This document shows, piece by piece, positions 12,801 to 23,081 of a DNA stretch of 64,000 bases. Within the stretch, counting starts at the first letter, position 1, and every line of letters starts with the position of its first letter. The position numbers were made by a program, and so were the translations under genes. The stretch spans positions 1,612,001-1,676,000 of the forward strand of contig JAQOWU010000008.1 of assembly GCA_030867685.1 (NCBI GenBank), written 5' to 3'. This DNA is from Wickerhamiella versatilis. Its lineage: Eukaryota. The notes below the pieces were generated by a model, which did no database searches, was not told where the DNA came from, and was given only the letters and a program-made list of their open reading frames with translations.

Positions 12801-15669
12801 TCGTATCTGGGCCTCTCTTCGTTCACAAACGCTGTATCGTACTGTCTCTGGTTTCATGAATTACTCGCGTGCAATTAAACTTCTCTATCGCGTTGAGAAT
12901 CCAGAAGTCGTACAGATGTTCAGCGGGAACACGGAGCGTCTGGAAATGGAACTTGAACGTATGGCTCGTAGGAAATTCAAGTTCGTTGTATCTATGCAGC
13001 GTCTGTCTAAATTCCGTCCTGAAGAAATGGAGAACGCCGAGTTTTTGCTCCGTGCTTATCCCGATCTTCAAGTTGCATACTTGGATGAAGAGCCACCGCT
13101 GCAGGAGGGAGATGAGCCCCGTGTTTACAGTGCCCTGATTGATGGCCATTGTGAACTCATGGAGAACGGCCGTCGTCGTCCGAAGTTCCGGGTTAGATTA
13201 AGCGGAAACCCTATTTTGGGTGACGGAAAATCAGATAACCAAAATCATGCTCTGATCTTCACAAGAGGAGAATACTTGCAGCTCATTGACGCTAATCAGG
13301 ACAACTACCTTGAAGAATGTCTTAAGGTACGTTCTGTTCTCGCTGAATTCGAGGAACTGAATGTTGACTTCCAGAATCCATACACCCCTGGCATCCCTAG
13401 TGGAGCGCCTAAGCATCCGGTCGCTATTGTAGGTGCACGTGAATATATTTTCTCTGAGAACGTAGGTGTTCTTGGTGATGTTGCAGCAGGCAAAGAGCAA
13501 ACGTTCGGTACCCTATTCGCTCGTACATTGGCGCAGGTAGGCGCCAAGCTGCACTATGGTCACCCCGATTTCCTTAACGCAATCTATATGACCACTCGTG
13601 GTGGTGTATCGAAAGCTCAAAAGGGTCTGCACCTCAATGAAGATATCTATTCTGGTATGAACGCTCTCATGCGCGGTGGCCGGATTAAGCATTGTGAGTT
13701 CTTCCAATGTGGTAAGGGTCGTGATCTTGGGTTTTCTTCAATTTTGAATTTCACCACCAAGATAGGTAGTGGTATGGGTGAGCAAATGCTAAGCCGTGAA
13801 TACTACTATCTTGGTACACAGCTTCCTCTTGACCGTTTCTTATCATTTTTCTACGCGCATGCTGGTTTCCATGTCAACAATATGTTTATCACGATTTCTG
13901 TTCAGATGTTCATGATTTCACTGATGAACATAGGTGCCCTTAATGAGGAATCCACTGTCTGCTGGTATGACAAGAACAAACCTCAGACGGATGCACATAT
14001 CCCGGCTGGATGTCAGATGTTGCAACCAACCAACAGGTGGATTGATAGATGCGTCTTGTCGATCTTTATCGTTTTCTGGATTGCTTTCGTTCCGCTTGTT
14101 GTGCAGGAACTTTGCGAAAAGGGACTCTGGAGAGCTGCTCAGCGTTTTGCGAAGCACTTTGCATCTCTAACACCTGTTTTCGAGGTATTTGCTATTCAGA
14201 TCTACACTTCAAGCATGGTTTCTAACCTCAGTTTTGGTGGTGCCCGCTACATTGCTACTGGCCGTGGCGTTGCCACGTCGCGCATTCCGTTTAGTGTGCT
14301 CTTTTCCCGATTCAGTGGAGATAGTATTTATCTCGGTGGTCGTTCAGTTCTGATGCTGCTGTTTGGTACGATTGCTATGTGGCGAGCATCATTGTTGTGG
14401 TTCTGGCTAACATTGATGGCTATGATGGTGAGCCCTTTCATCTATAACCCTCACCAATTCGCATGGGAGGACTTTATGATAGATTACCGCGACTTCATCA
14501 GATGGCTCACCCGCGGAAACTCTAAGTGGCATCGTAATTCCTGGATCGGATATGTTCGTCTCACCCGTACAAGACTCGTAGGATTCAAGCGCAAAACTCT
14601 AGGTGATCCCTCAGAATCGCTAACTGGAGATTCAAACCGTGTGGCTTTCCTCAATGTCTTCTTGACAGAGGTATTCTTGCCGTTCATCATGTTTGCAGTT
14701 GCTTTCCTGCCTTTCCTGCATATTAACTCGCAGCAAGGAGTAAATCATATCAACAATCGAGGTAATGAGGAATACGACTTGTACTACAGTGACAGTAACA
14801 ACCGTCCGTATCCTATGAACTCGATATTGCGGGTGATTATCTGTGGTCTTGGTCCAATTGCGGTGAACGCTGGTGTTGCATTTGTGATTGCGATGATTGC
14901 ATGTTTCTGCGGCCCACTCACCGCTTTGTGTTGCAAGAAGACAGCTACTGTGAATGCATCTATTGCCCATGCTATTGCAGTTATTGTGCAAATAGTGTTC
15001 TTCGAACTTATGTGGTTCTTTGAGGGTTGGAATTTCACTCGAGCTCTGTTGGGTACCATTACTGCGATGCTGTTGCAGCGGTGGCTTTGTAAAATGCTTG
15101 TTGCTTTCTGTCTCACTCGTGAGTTCCGGGCTGATAACGCCAACCGAGCTTGGTGGTCTGGTAAGTGGTACGGATCCTCTTTTGGTTGGATGGCTATTAC
15201 ACAACCATCTCGTGAATTTATCTGTAAGATAGTCGAATCTGAGATGTTTGGTGGCGATTTCTTGTTGGGTCACCTGATCTTGTTCCTTCATCTGCCCTTC
15301 TTGGCCATACCTAAGATCGATAAATGGCACTCGATGATGCTGTTCTGGCTCGGACCGTCGCAACAGATTAGGCCACCAATTTATAGCGTCAAGCAAACTG
15401 CTCTTCGTAAACGCATGGTGTCGAAATATGCTACTCTATACTTCGGAATCTTGGCGGTGTACGTCGTTGCAATTGTTGCACCAGCGGCGGCAGGGCCAAC
15501 AATGAAGTCCCAGTCTGTACAATCTATTCTTGACGGTCTGAAAACGGCATCACTTCAAGGCTTACTGCAACCGACAGGGCTCAATCAGAACGATACCGCC
15601 AATAATGGTACCACGTCGTATAACACAACTTGGACTTACCCCAGTGTAAGCTTCAGTACCTTTGCGTGA
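9862..15669 (+). CDS. FKS1: 1,3-beta-glucan synthase catalytic subunit
   Basis: 1935 aa; [11 protein letters not shown], hot spot 1 [44 protein letters not shown]. Confidence 0.99.
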   Translation: MSGHYDQGAGGAGGQPGGHLGGDPEYGYDGTGAYGGGAADQQYYYDGAGQPYYQSPMDAPIPPGHEAYPRRPADDASESFSDFTTQTGTYPGGYEQGGYDPQYYQGGGYPSYSSYQDGFQGYQGGYQGGYDYGQGYLPQASSIADYDASSFQQPHRSSGTSTPVYGDMMAPTTAGSREPYPAWTVQNQVPITKEQIEDIFIDLANKFGFQRDSLRNIYDYFMTMLDSRASRMTPNQALLSLHADYIGGDNANYRKWFFAAQIDLDEEIGFRNMKFTGFKKKRFNKKSKKLKKVEEEDTQRTIEELEGDHSLEAGEYRWKSRMNQLSQQERVRQVALWMLCWGEANQVRFTPECLCFIYKCADDYFLSEECQNRVEPVPEGDFLDRVITPIYKFLRGQVYEIDDGRFVKRERDHNKVIGYDDVNQLFWYPEGISRIIFKDDSRLIDVPPEHRYSKLGEVAWRRVFMKTYKETRSWFHLLTNFNRIWVIHIGLYWFYCAYDSPSLYTKDFSYLRNPAGTLGQEQWAAVSIGGTIVCGLQIIATIGEYAFVPRNWPGAQRLTRRMMFLIGLLILNLVTPVYVLGVIGYRKSKSGLAVGIVGFLIALFTYLFFAIMPLGGMFTSYLNKSTRRYVASKTFTASYAKLKGVDMWLSYLVWVVVFGAKFSESYFFLILSLRDPIHDLGHMQIRCVGEYWFAKDPTNGDNSKADTLCAQQAKIVLGVLYATDLCLFFLDTYLWYIIVNTVFSVGRSFYLGISIWTPWRNIYSRLPKRIYSKVLATNDMEIKYKPKVLISQIWNAIVISMYREHLLAIDHVQMLLYHQVPSEVEGKRTLRAPTFFVAQDDNQVTNEFFPANSEAERRISFFAQSLSTPMPEPLPVDNMPTFSVLVPHYSEKILLSLREIIREEDQYTRVTLLEYLKQLHPVEWDCFVKDTKILSEESNAYNDEEGPKDEDREAVKSKIDDLPFYCIGFKSAAPEYTLRTRIWASLRSQTLYRTVSGFMNYSRAIKLLYRVENPEVVQMFSGNTERLEMELERMARRKFKFVVSMQRLSKFRPEEMENAEFLLRAYPDLQVAYLDEEPPLQEGDEPRVYSALIDGHCELMENGRRRPKFRVRLSGNPILGDGKSDNQNHALIFTRGEYLQLIDANQDNYLEECLKVRSVLAEFEELNVDFQNPYTPGIPSGAPKHPVAIVGAREYIFSENVGVLGDVAAGKEQTFGTLFARTLAQVGAKLHYGHPDFLNAIYMTTRGGVSKAQKGLHLNEDIYSGMNALMRGGRIKHCEFFQCGKGRDLGFSSILNFTTKIGSGMGEQMLSREYYYLGTQLPLDRFLSFFYAHAGFHVNNMFITISVQMFMISLMNIGALNEESTVCWYDKNKPQTDAHIPAGCQMLQPTNRWIDRCVLSIFIVFWIAFVPLVVQELCEKGLWRAAQRFAKHFASLTPVFEVFAIQIYTSSMVSNLSFGGARYIATGRGVATSRIPFSVLFSRFSGDSIYLGGRSVLMLLFGTIAMWRASLLWFWLTLMAMMVSPFIYNPHQFAWEDFMIDYRDFIRWLTRGNSKWHRNSWIGYVRLTRTRLVGFKRKTLGDPSESLTGDSNRVAFLNVFLTEVFLPFIMFAVAFLPFLHINSQQGVNHINNRGNEEYDLYYSDSNNRPYPMNSILRVIICGLGPIAVNAGVAFVIAMIACFCGPLTALCCKKTATVNASIAHAIAVIVQIVFFELMWFFEGWNFTRALLGTITAMLLQRWLCKMLVAFCLTREFRADNANRAWWSGKWYGSSFGWMAITQPSREFICKIVESEMFGGDFLLGHLILFLHLPFLAIPKIDKWHSMMLFWLGPSQQIRPPIYSVKQTALRKRMVSKYATLYFGILAVYVVAIVAPAAAGPTMKSQSVQSILDGLKTASLQGLLQPTGLNQNDTANNGTTSYNTTWTYPSVSFSTFA

Positions 15670-15807
15670 TTTGCTGTTATTTAGCTTTACATTCTTTTTA
15701 TATAAGTGTATACACTCTAGAATAACTTTTTTCTGCAAAATGTTTCTGCTATATCTTGTGAATGCGGTAGGATTTAATAACAAAGATGCTAATTATTTAA
15801 GTCAGTT

Positions 15808-16713
15808 CTAATGCTTCCGACGCTTGGAGGAGCTCTTACCGCGTGATTTCAGTTGCCTTTTAGCTCCTGTACTACCACCACGCCCGTCGGTGTCCAGAAA
15901 GCCCCAGTCCTCACCAAAGAATGAGCGAGTCTCCGCATCACGTTGTCTCTGGGCCGCATCCTTACGTGATTGCTTCTTCGATGTGCCAGAAATACGCGTG
16001 AAATTCGCCTCCTCATAATCATCCACCTCGCGATTACGCCGGCGGTCACGAGAAGTCTGCTCACCGCCTCGGCCGCTATCCATAATGCGGGACCCAATAG
16101 AAGGCTCTGCGACCGGTGCATCATCGTTGTCTTGGACGTACTCCTCCATTGCGAAGTCACGTCTCCGCGGTCTTGTAGACTTTGTCTGCTCGCTGTTTGG
16201 CAGTGTGGCAGAAATCTTCGGCACAACATATTTCCTTGGCTCATCGGCATCGTCCTCATCCTCACTGTCACTTCTTCTGGAGGCCAATTGCTGTGGCTGG
16301 GGTCTATAAGCGGAAGGATCTACATCACTGTCGGACTCATCATCAGGTTTTGTGGATTCCTGCTCTTGTCTTCGCTGCTTCTTAGCCTCTTCCTGTTCAA
16401 CGGACCGCCGGAAGGCCCGCAGGGCTTTGTCCACTTGATACGTAATTTTGGCCTCCAAGGGTCGAATACCCTTCTCGAGGGACACTCTCTGTTCCACCGT
16501 CCGTTCACGAGCCGCATCACGAACTGAATTATTGCCTTCAAGTTGCGATAAGGCAACAAGAAGCGTATTATTTATATAACTGGCAAGGCATTGGTTTTTT
16601 AGAGCAAGCAAGGATATTCCATCAGCTCCCTCATCAATTTTTTGCTGCGGAACAATTTTTTGCTCGCTCAGCTTTTCAGCAAGCGAGTTTGCAGTCTCAA
16701 CGACGCTATCCAT
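15808..16713 (-). CDS. LCP5: U3 snoRNP/SSU processome factor Lcp5 (Sas10/Utp3/C1D family)
   Basis: [50 protein letters not shown]; first ATG at 16713. Confidence 0.88.
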   Translation of the reverse strand: MDSVVETANSLAEKLSEQKIVPQQKIDEGADGISLLALKNQCLASYINNTLLVALSQLEGNNSVRDAARERTVEQRVSLEKGIRPLEAKITYQVDKALRAFRRSVEQEEAKKQRRQEQESTKPDDESDSDVDPSAYRPQPQQLASRRSDSEDEDDADEPRKYVVPKISATLPNSEQTKSTRPRRRDFAMEEYVQDNDDAPVAEPSIGSRIMDSGRGGEQTSRDRRRNREVDDYEEANFTRISGTSKKQSRKDAAQRQRDAETRSFFGEDWGFLDTDGRGGSTGAKRQLKSRGKSSSKRRKH

Positions 16714-16757
16714 TATTTCGGGTCCAGTTACGTAATTTTTTTTTCCCCGTTTCAACG

Positions 16758-17537
16758 ATGCCTCAGAACGAGCACATTGAACAGCATATTAAAAAATATG
16801 GCCGCAGGCTCGACTATGAAGAGCGTCGCCGTAAGAGAGAGGCCCGTCAGGCTCATCGGATTGCAAGTGATGCGCAGAACCTGAGGGGATTCCGGGCGAA
16901 GCAATTTGCCAAGAAGCGCTTCTCGGAAAAGACACAGATGAAGAAGAAAATCAAACAGCACGAGCAGTCGAAGGTTAAGGGCGATGGTGAGCCCATTGAT
17001 AAGGGTGAAGCTCTTCCTGCGTACCTTCTTGATCGAGAGCAGCCCAACTCAGCTAAGTCTCTGTCCTCTTCTATCAAGCAAAAGCGACTTGAAAAGGCAG
17101 ATAAATTCAGTGTACCCTTGCCTAAGGTTCGTGGTATCTCTGAGGATGAGATGTTCAAGGCAATTAAGACGGGTAAGCGCGGAAAGAGTTGGAAGCGGAT
17201 GATCACCAAGCATACGTTTGTTGGTGATGGGTTTACCAGGAGACCAGTCAAAATGGAGCGTATCATTCGTCCAAGTGCTCTTAGACAGAAGAAGGCAAAC
17301 GTGACGCATCCTGAATTGGGTGTTACGGTGAGCCTGCCCATTCTCAGTGTGAAGAAAAACCCGCAGTCCCCCATGTACACACAGCTGGGAGTCTTGACCA
17401 AGGGAACTGTTATAGAGGTAAATGTGTCGGAGCTCGGCCTGGTTACGGCTGGTGGTAAGGTGGTTTGGGGTAAATTTGCTCAAGTCACAAATGAGCCCGA
17501 CCGTGACGGTACTGTGAATGCTGTTCTTCTTGTGTAA
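16758..17537 (+). CDS. NSA2: 60S ribosome biogenesis protein Nsa2
   Basis: MPQNEHIE start at 16758; [30 protein letters not shown]. Confidence 0.97.
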   Translation: MPQNEHIEQHIKKYGRRLDYEERRRKREARQAHRIASDAQNLRGFRAKQFAKKRFSEKTQMKKKIKQHEQSKVKGDGEPIDKGEALPAYLLDREQPNSAKSLSSSIKQKRLEKADKFSVPLPKVRGISEDEMFKAIKTGKRGKSWKRMITKHTFVGDGFTRRPVKMERIIRPSALRQKKANVTHPELGVTVSLPILSVKKNPQSPMYTQLGVLTKGTVIEVNVSELGLVTAGGKVVWGKFAQVTNEPDRDGTVNAVLLV

Positions 17538-17678
17538 TCTATGTTTATTTATTATAAAAATTCCATCGTTTAGAGCAGGTAAAGGTTAACATTCACTTGG
17601 TTGTGCTACTTCTAAATCATATCGCATCATCAAGCATTTCTGCTTACAAACAGGGCACGGAATCAGCAGCAGGACGGG

Positions 17679-18332
17679 ATGGCATCCTATTATGAGAGCG
17701 TCGGCTTATTAGCTCTTTGTGACGCTGTCGATAGTGAACTTGGTGTGCCTTTCAATCCCGAAGGACCACCAAAAGTCATCCCTTTGTCCCCTTCATTAAG
17801 AGGGAGACCGAGGATCCAGCTCCCCGGACCGTATCCCCCCGTAAGCTTTTCACAAACGACAAAAGGATTTCCACAACATGCGTATTTAAGCCACTTGCCA
17901 CTGACTGTCTCAACAACTAGTTCAGGTACAATGAGCTTTAGCGAGGAGCAGAGAGCGGCTTTCAATCAGATCCAAAGTCAACGAGCTGCCGATGGTATAT
18001 CCTCTGCCCCAGTATCGGGGCCAAGAGTATCGCAGCCAGTTCCTACAGATCGTGTGACTGCACCAGCCGCTCCAATAAGCATTTCGCAGTCCCAGCAGCA
18101 ACCCACGCCTCAGGCCTCACCAGCTATAGCCGTTCCTAATCATCGTCCCTCGCTGCAGCAAGTGTCTTCAATACAAAGCGACAGCCACGGCTTCCGAGTT
18201 GAGGAATGTCCCATCTGTAATCGTGTCTTCAGAGGTCCTAAGGCATCAACTCACAAGCAACAGCATATTCGAAGGTTGCATCCAGACAGATATACGCCCA
18301 AACGTGGTGGTAAGAAGAGGATACCTATCTAG
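17679..18332 (+). CDS. Small protein with a single C-terminal C2H2-type zinc finger
   Basis: CPICNRVFRGPKASTHKQQHIRRLH followed by basic PKRGGKKR. Confidence 0.7.
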   Translation: MASYYESVGLLALCDAVDSELGVPFNPEGPPKVIPLSPSLRGRPRIQLPGPYPPVSFSQTTKGFPQHAYLSHLPLTVSTTSSGTMSFSEEQRAAFNQIQSQRAADGISSAPVSGPRVSQPVPTDRVTAPAAPISISQSQQQPTPQASPAIAVPNHRPSLQQVSSIQSDSHGFRVEECPICNRVFRGPKASTHKQQHIRRLHPDRYTPKRGGKKRIPI

Positions 18333-18735
18333 CGGTATTGCCCCAAAATTTTAATTCGAACGAAATCTTGATCTATATATATACCTGTATCTACCTGTTG
18401 AATAGAAACACTTCTTTCTATATTAGCTCCATAGAATCTTAATGATGGCAGCATTCAGGAAACAGGAGCATCAGTATTCTCTATGGCTTGTGTAGTTATG
18501 TCGATCAGAATTTTTCACGAAATTCTATTGTGTAAATAGCGCTCTTTGCATTAATAACCCTTTAAGTTACGTCGGTAAATTACACTGCACAGTGATGAAT
18601 GAAGAATTTTTCCAGTGGTGCTAAATGGAAATGTTTATATCGATCATTTACCATTGAATTAATCCAAGCTTAGGTTAGGTTAGGTTCTTTATACTCGCTT
18701 TCACTTCTACAGCATGGGTGATCCTTACGGGAAAA

Positions 18736-20511
18736 CTAGCGGAAGCGCATATAATCGAGGCCCACGATCTCGGCCTCCGCAATATGTAGCAATAATTTTC
18801 GGCGCTCATCCACCGAAAAGAGGTCGAATACATTGTTTCTATCATCTGCAACAAAATTGGCAACATCAAATGCGTGTTGCGCATAGCGTTGTTCCGTAAG
18901 TGCTTCCTGAAGGACTCGCAACTCTTCGAATATTAAATATGGTACATACATACCACGAATACGTCTGGGAATATTGGCCTTACATGCCGTATGAATTGCT
19001 GCCTGAACACGGCTCAGCTCATGCTGAGGCTTAGCACTACGCGTACCTGTCTGCAAATACCTGTCCCAGGAATTGATTGCATCGAGTGCTGATGCAAGTT
19101 TTGCCAGCTCCAATAGCTCAGGGATCTCATATTGCTCGACGAATTGAGAAATGGGAATTTGACAAGCTAAAAAGAAGAATTCCCGCGGGCGGCCAGCCTC
19201 CAGCGCGGCGGTGAACGATGCCAAAAGAAGAGGTTGCAGTTCTTCCCACATTCCCAGGTCCCTATACCAGCAGAGCACGGCACCAAGATGGCACAACCAG
19301 CTGTCCGGGTCAGACTCCGCACTTTGCGAGGTCACCTCAGGCCGCTGCTTCGGCGACATGGTTTCCACAGGGCGCTCCTTTTGTACAATAGACATTGCGA
19401 CCCGCACTGCAGGCCGAGGGTCTATGCCACATGCTCTGCATCGCGCGAGTTGGTCAGCCCTCTGGCCTTCATCGGCTATTTGAGTTATGAGTTTTCCGTA
19501 AACATCTCTCAGGTCCTTTTGTGAAAGGAATGTGAGGTATATGGGCACAAGAGAGGTTTTATCACATAAAAAGAGCATCTGTAAGTAGACATGTAGTACA
19601 TGTGCTGGGACTTTATGGTGGCATACGAGTTGCAGATGGACTGCTAAGCGTAAAAGCCAGGCATCACTGTCATTAAAATTTCCTTGCGTTGCCTTTTCGC
19701 AAACATTCTCACTAAAGTCTGAAAGCTTGTCGCTGAGAAGCGCCTTTACAACAGTTTGGTGAGGACTGTCGCCGGGAAGCCGTGCTGCAACTTCTCTGAG
19801 GGGGCGTCGCGACTCTACCAAGCTAGCAAGGAGCTGTGCCTCCCAACTCTGATCTAATGACAACACAGACGCAACGTCACCACAAAGAAGTCCGAAAATC
19901 GCCTTCTCACTACGAGGTACCTCCTCCAAGTGACAGGTTTGGCGTAACGTATTCACAAGCAGATGCGAGTTTGACTCCACACTAGACTCGACAATGCTTT
20001 TCAGTAACCAGTTTTGGGTGGATGCGCAGGCTGCTGATGCCGCTTCTAAATCGCCTGTTTCAAGCAACTCAAAAACATACTTGTACAAAGCGTCATCAGC
20101 CTTCGCATCCGATTCAACAAGTGGTATCCCCAGGCGGAAGGGAGCATCCAAGTCTAGCTCTTTGAGCTTATCACTGCCCGGCTTGCTAGCCAACTGGCGG
20201 GTAGCCATCCACTTTGACGACAGCAGGCTCTGTGGCTTCTCTGGTCTGGGAATAGTAGACTGAAGCCATTTTTGCACGGAAGAATTACGCTCAGCATCTG
20301 TTGAGGCGCGTTGAAGCCCGTCCACAAGAGACCAGATCCGAGCCTCAAGTTCAACCTCTGGGAACTCGGGGTTCTGGGGGCCAGCTGCAGTAGCCACTTG
20401 AGCGGTGACTCCCCAAAAATCATAGGCCCACGACTTGCTCTCCTCAGATGGCTCGCGGGCGATAACTGAGGCAAATCTGTCGGCCAACTGGGATTCGAGC
20501 TCGCCCAGCAT
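18736..20511 (-). CDS. NUP84: Nucleoporin Nup84/Nup107
   Basis: ELDLDAPFR, YVFELLETGDLEAA..C..QNW, EKAIFGLLCGD, SWEAQL, LLRLAVHL, LVPIYL. Confidence 0.75.
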   Translation of the reverse strand: MLGELESQLADRFASVIAREPSEESKSWAYDFWGVTAQVATAAGPQNPEFPEVELEARIWSLVDGLQRASTDAERNSSVQKWLQSTIPRPEKPQSLLSSKWMATRQLASKPGSDKLKELDLDAPFRLGIPLVESDAKADDALYKYVFELLETGDLEAASAACASTQNWLLKSIVESSVESNSHLLVNTLRQTCHLEEVPRSEKAIFGLLCGDVASVLSLDQSWEAQLLASLVESRRPLREVAARLPGDSPHQTVVKALLSDKLSDFSENVCEKATQGNFNDSDAWLLRLAVHLQLVCHHKVPAHVLHVYLQMLFLCDKTSLVPIYLTFLSQKDLRDVYGKLITQIADEGQRADQLARCRACGIDPRPAVRVAMSIVQKERPVETMSPKQRPEVTSQSAESDPDSWLCHLGAVLCWYRDLGMWEELQPLLLASFTAALEAGRPREFFFLACQIPISQFVEQYEIPELLELAKLASALDAINSWDRYLQTGTRSAKPQHELSRVQAAIHTACKANIPRRIRGMYVPYLIFEELRVLQEALTEQRYAQHAFDVANFVADDRNNVFDLFSVDERRKLLLHIAEAEIVGLDYMRFR

Positions 20512-20841
20512 CGCTTACGGAAGGAGGACGGTAGGAAACACAGGGAGGCTACTTGAGTAGGTATTTGGTTAAGGATCTTTGACTTTGATTCTGAACTAAC
20601 TGCTAATTAATTTCTGCATAAATATTTATCCCTTTGTATAGCAAGAGCACACTAGTCACCTTCCTCAGTCGAAGCACAAACACGGGATTATAGATCTTCA
20701 ATATCCAACACGCGAAAAAAAAGAGAAAAAAACTTAAGCAACCCAAGACTAGTCACCGACTTTTCTAGCTATGGCTCCCTGTTTTTTTCACTGTTAATGC
20801 AGTGCGAACACATAGCGGACCGTTCCAAGGTTAGGGTAGTC

Positions 20842-21990
20842 ATGATCGAATTTACTCTGACGGTCATAGTGGCTATCATCGCCATAGGTCTCGATGGCTA
20901 TATCTACAGATTCCCAATCTTAAATGATTGTAACTGGGCTAAAGGTGGTGAGGTGAAGCTCATGGCGTTTGGGGACCCCCAAATACCTGGGTATCCTCTC
21001 GGCACAGACTTCAAGTCACGGCATAAGCAGTTGGATGTATGGGGAAATGATAAATACCTCAAGCATACAGTAGGGGTATACCGAAGGCATCTGGAGCCTG
21101 AGCACGTTGCTGTGCTAGGCGATCTGATTTCGAGTCAATGGATTGACGATGCTGAATTCAAGTCCCGTGCTGAGAGGTTTACTAGCATATTCCCTTCCTC
21201 TGATAATGGAATGATTCACAACATTTCCGGAAATCACGACATTGGGTATCATGGTGATTTTAATGACGACCGTCTCTCGCGGTACGCAGAGTACTACGGC
21301 GCTCTGAATTTTGAGAATAGGTATAAATCCCCCGATGGTCATGACTGGCGCCTCATTGGCATCAATTCACTAGCCTTGGATGGACCGCCCAATGACTCTT
21401 GGCGTGAGGAAACTGTGTCCTTCCTCAAATCTGTACAGGATGATGACTTCCAGGGTGCAACAGTTCTTCTCAGCCATTTGCCACTATACAAGCCTTCGGG
21501 AATATGCAGAGATGGCCCTTTCCTAGCCCATTATGATGATGGACGACTGCGGGAACAGAATCATTTGAGCGCGGAATCAAGTCAACTAGTTCTCGGAATA
21601 TTTTCTCCCCACCATGGGGGTATTATTGTTACAGGCCATGACCATGAGGGCTGTGTTTCATCCTACAATACCGACCTTAGTGTACAGCAAGGCATTCATG
21701 AGGATAGTCTCGTGGTTGAGGCAACTGTCCGCAGTGTGATGGGCGAGTTTGGTGGCAATGCAGGCCTTGTTACCGGTGTCTGGGACAGCGATGCAAACAA
21801 ACTAAGATTTAAATTCGATCTATGTCGGTTTCAGGTGCAGCATATTTGGTGGGTAACCCATGTTTTGAACTGTATAACTATCCTATGCTTTTCACTTTTT
21901 GTACTTGGGCTATTTCGTGGAAAACGGCCCTACGAGAAGCCGCCTCCTCGGAGACCAGGCGAGGTCAGAATGCCTTCATTATTTTTTTAA
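20842..21990 (+). CDS. TED1: GPI-remodelling metallophosphoesterase (Ted1/PGAP5-like)
   Basis: GDPQI, GNDKYL, GDLISSQWIDD, GNHDIGY, TGHDHEGC; N- and C-terminal TM segments; alternative ATG at 20797. Confidence 0.85.
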   Translation: MIEFTLTVIVAIIAIGLDGYIYRFPILNDCNWAKGGEVKLMAFGDPQIPGYPLGTDFKSRHKQLDVWGNDKYLKHTVGVYRRHLEPEHVAVLGDLISSQWIDDAEFKSRAERFTSIFPSSDNGMIHNISGNHDIGYHGDFNDDRLSRYAEYYGALNFENRYKSPDGHDWRLIGINSLALDGPPNDSWREETVSFLKSVQDDDFQGATVLLSHLPLYKPSGICRDGPFLAHYDDGRLREQNHLSAESSQLVLGIFSPHHGGIIVTGHDHEGCVSSYNTDLSVQQGIHEDSLVVEATVRSVMGEFGGNAGLVTGVWDSDANKLRFKFDLCRFQVQHIWWVTHVLNCITILCFSLFVLGLFRGKRPYEKPPPRRPGEVRMPSLFF

Positions 21991-22066
21991 TGGTGCTGTG
22001 AGATACAACAAATAAGGTCCGGTATATTTTGATTATTCAGACTAATAGCTCTTGCTGGCACTTGGG

Positions 22067-22282
22067 ATGCCACGCGCTATCAGGGGAGCTCTCATTGAGT
22101 GTGATCCATCCATAAGGGCGTTGATTATTAGTATTGATATGCGCACCCATAATATTATCCTCGAGGAACTTGACGACCGACATTTATTTATAGATGAGTC
22201 AAAAGTTGAGTACGTCAAGAAAGAGCTGGAGACTCGTCTTGCAGATACCCATTACGACGACCAAGAGGAGGAGATGCGGTAA
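22067..22282 (+). CDS. TFB5: TFIIH subunit Tfb5/TTDA
   Basis: MPRAIRGALIECDPSIRALI...IILEELDDRHLFI. Confidence 0.92.
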   Translation: MPRAIRGALIECDPSIRALIISIDMRTHNIILEELDDRHLFIDESKVEYVKKELETRLADTHYDDQEEEMR

Positions 22283-22411
22283 AATAATAGATAACGAGTG
22301 ACTTTAGTATTGCAATTATGTACATATAATTCTGAGCATGGAGCCTGGGCACTATCGTAGAGTTCTAGTGTTATCGTATTACTAACATTTTCACTTTTTA
22401 ACACCTGGACA

Positions 22412-22963
22412 ATGAACCCACTAGTTCTAAATATTGTGCTGATGTTGACCTCTATGCAGGTCACCAAGCGGCTAGACCTTGAGGATGAGAATACCATCAA
22501 TATTATTCGTGGGTGCTATATTGCGTCTAACGTGATTATCTTCTTGCTCTATTTCTATACTCGCCACATCATCAACAAGAAGAAGGAGCTCACTACCTTG
22601 AAGTATCAGACCACTCCTGCTGCATTTTCTCAGGAGGAGCCATCTCTCATCACCACCACTGTCCATGCTTATGACCTTGAGCAGGTGGACCAGGCTTTGA
22701 GGGGTGTATTACAGGGAATGGCCATGATGGGGTTCATGCACCTATACATGAAATATACTCAGCCACTGATCATGCAGAGTGTCATGCCTCTGAAGACAGC
22801 ACTTGAGAACAAGGTTATTCAAATCCACCTGTTCGGCAAGAAGGCTGAGGGTGACCTGACGCGTCCATTCAAGGCACCATCGATGTTTGGCCAGGCGAGT
22901 CAGCCAGATGAAAAACAGATGAAGGCAGCCGAAAAGTCGGGCAAAGGCGGCAAAGAAGAGTAG
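22412..22963 (+). CDS. PHO88: SRP-independent targeting protein Pho88/Snd3
   Basis: TTVHAYD, MMGFMHLYMKYTQPLIMQS, IHLFGKKAEGDLTRPF. Confidence 0.93.
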   Translation: MNPLVLNIVLMLTSMQVTKRLDLEDENTINIIRGCYIASNVIIFLLYFYTRHIINKKKELTTLKYQTTPAAFSQEEPSLITTTVHAYDLEQVDQALRGVLQGMAMMGFMHLYMKYTQPLIMQSVMPLKTALENKVIQIHLFGKKAEGDLTRPFKAPSMFGQASQPDEKQMKAAEKSGKGGKEE

Positions 22964-23081
22964 TTTTTTAGTCTATAAAGTATTTTGCTATAATCAAAAT
23001 GTTTGCACCTAGATAGATCTCTTTATTACATCATCAGACAACAACAACATCAATTGTAAACAATAAACAACAAGCTCTTCA

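Noticed and set aside
11860..14060. Echinocandin-resistance substitutions in the FKS hot spots
   Set aside because: HS1 FLILSLRDP has the susceptible-type F/S/P residues, and the HS2 Arg is retained
18429..18660. CCATAGA/TCTATGG hairpin and a GTGATGA C-box-like motif
   Set aside because: No downstream CTGA D box, no convincing H/ACA layout or rRNA target; lies in a convergent terminator region
18670..18686. (TTAGG)3 telomere-like repeat
   Set aside because: Only three copies; no evidence that it matches this organism's telomere
20557..20641. Possible TED1 5'-UTR intron
   Set aside because: Branch-to-AG distance of over 30 nt is unlike the other introns here; too ambiguous
22380..22424. TACTAAC upstream of PHO88 (similarly GCTAAC before SHE4)
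   Set aside because: No AG before the conserved start codon and no clear donor
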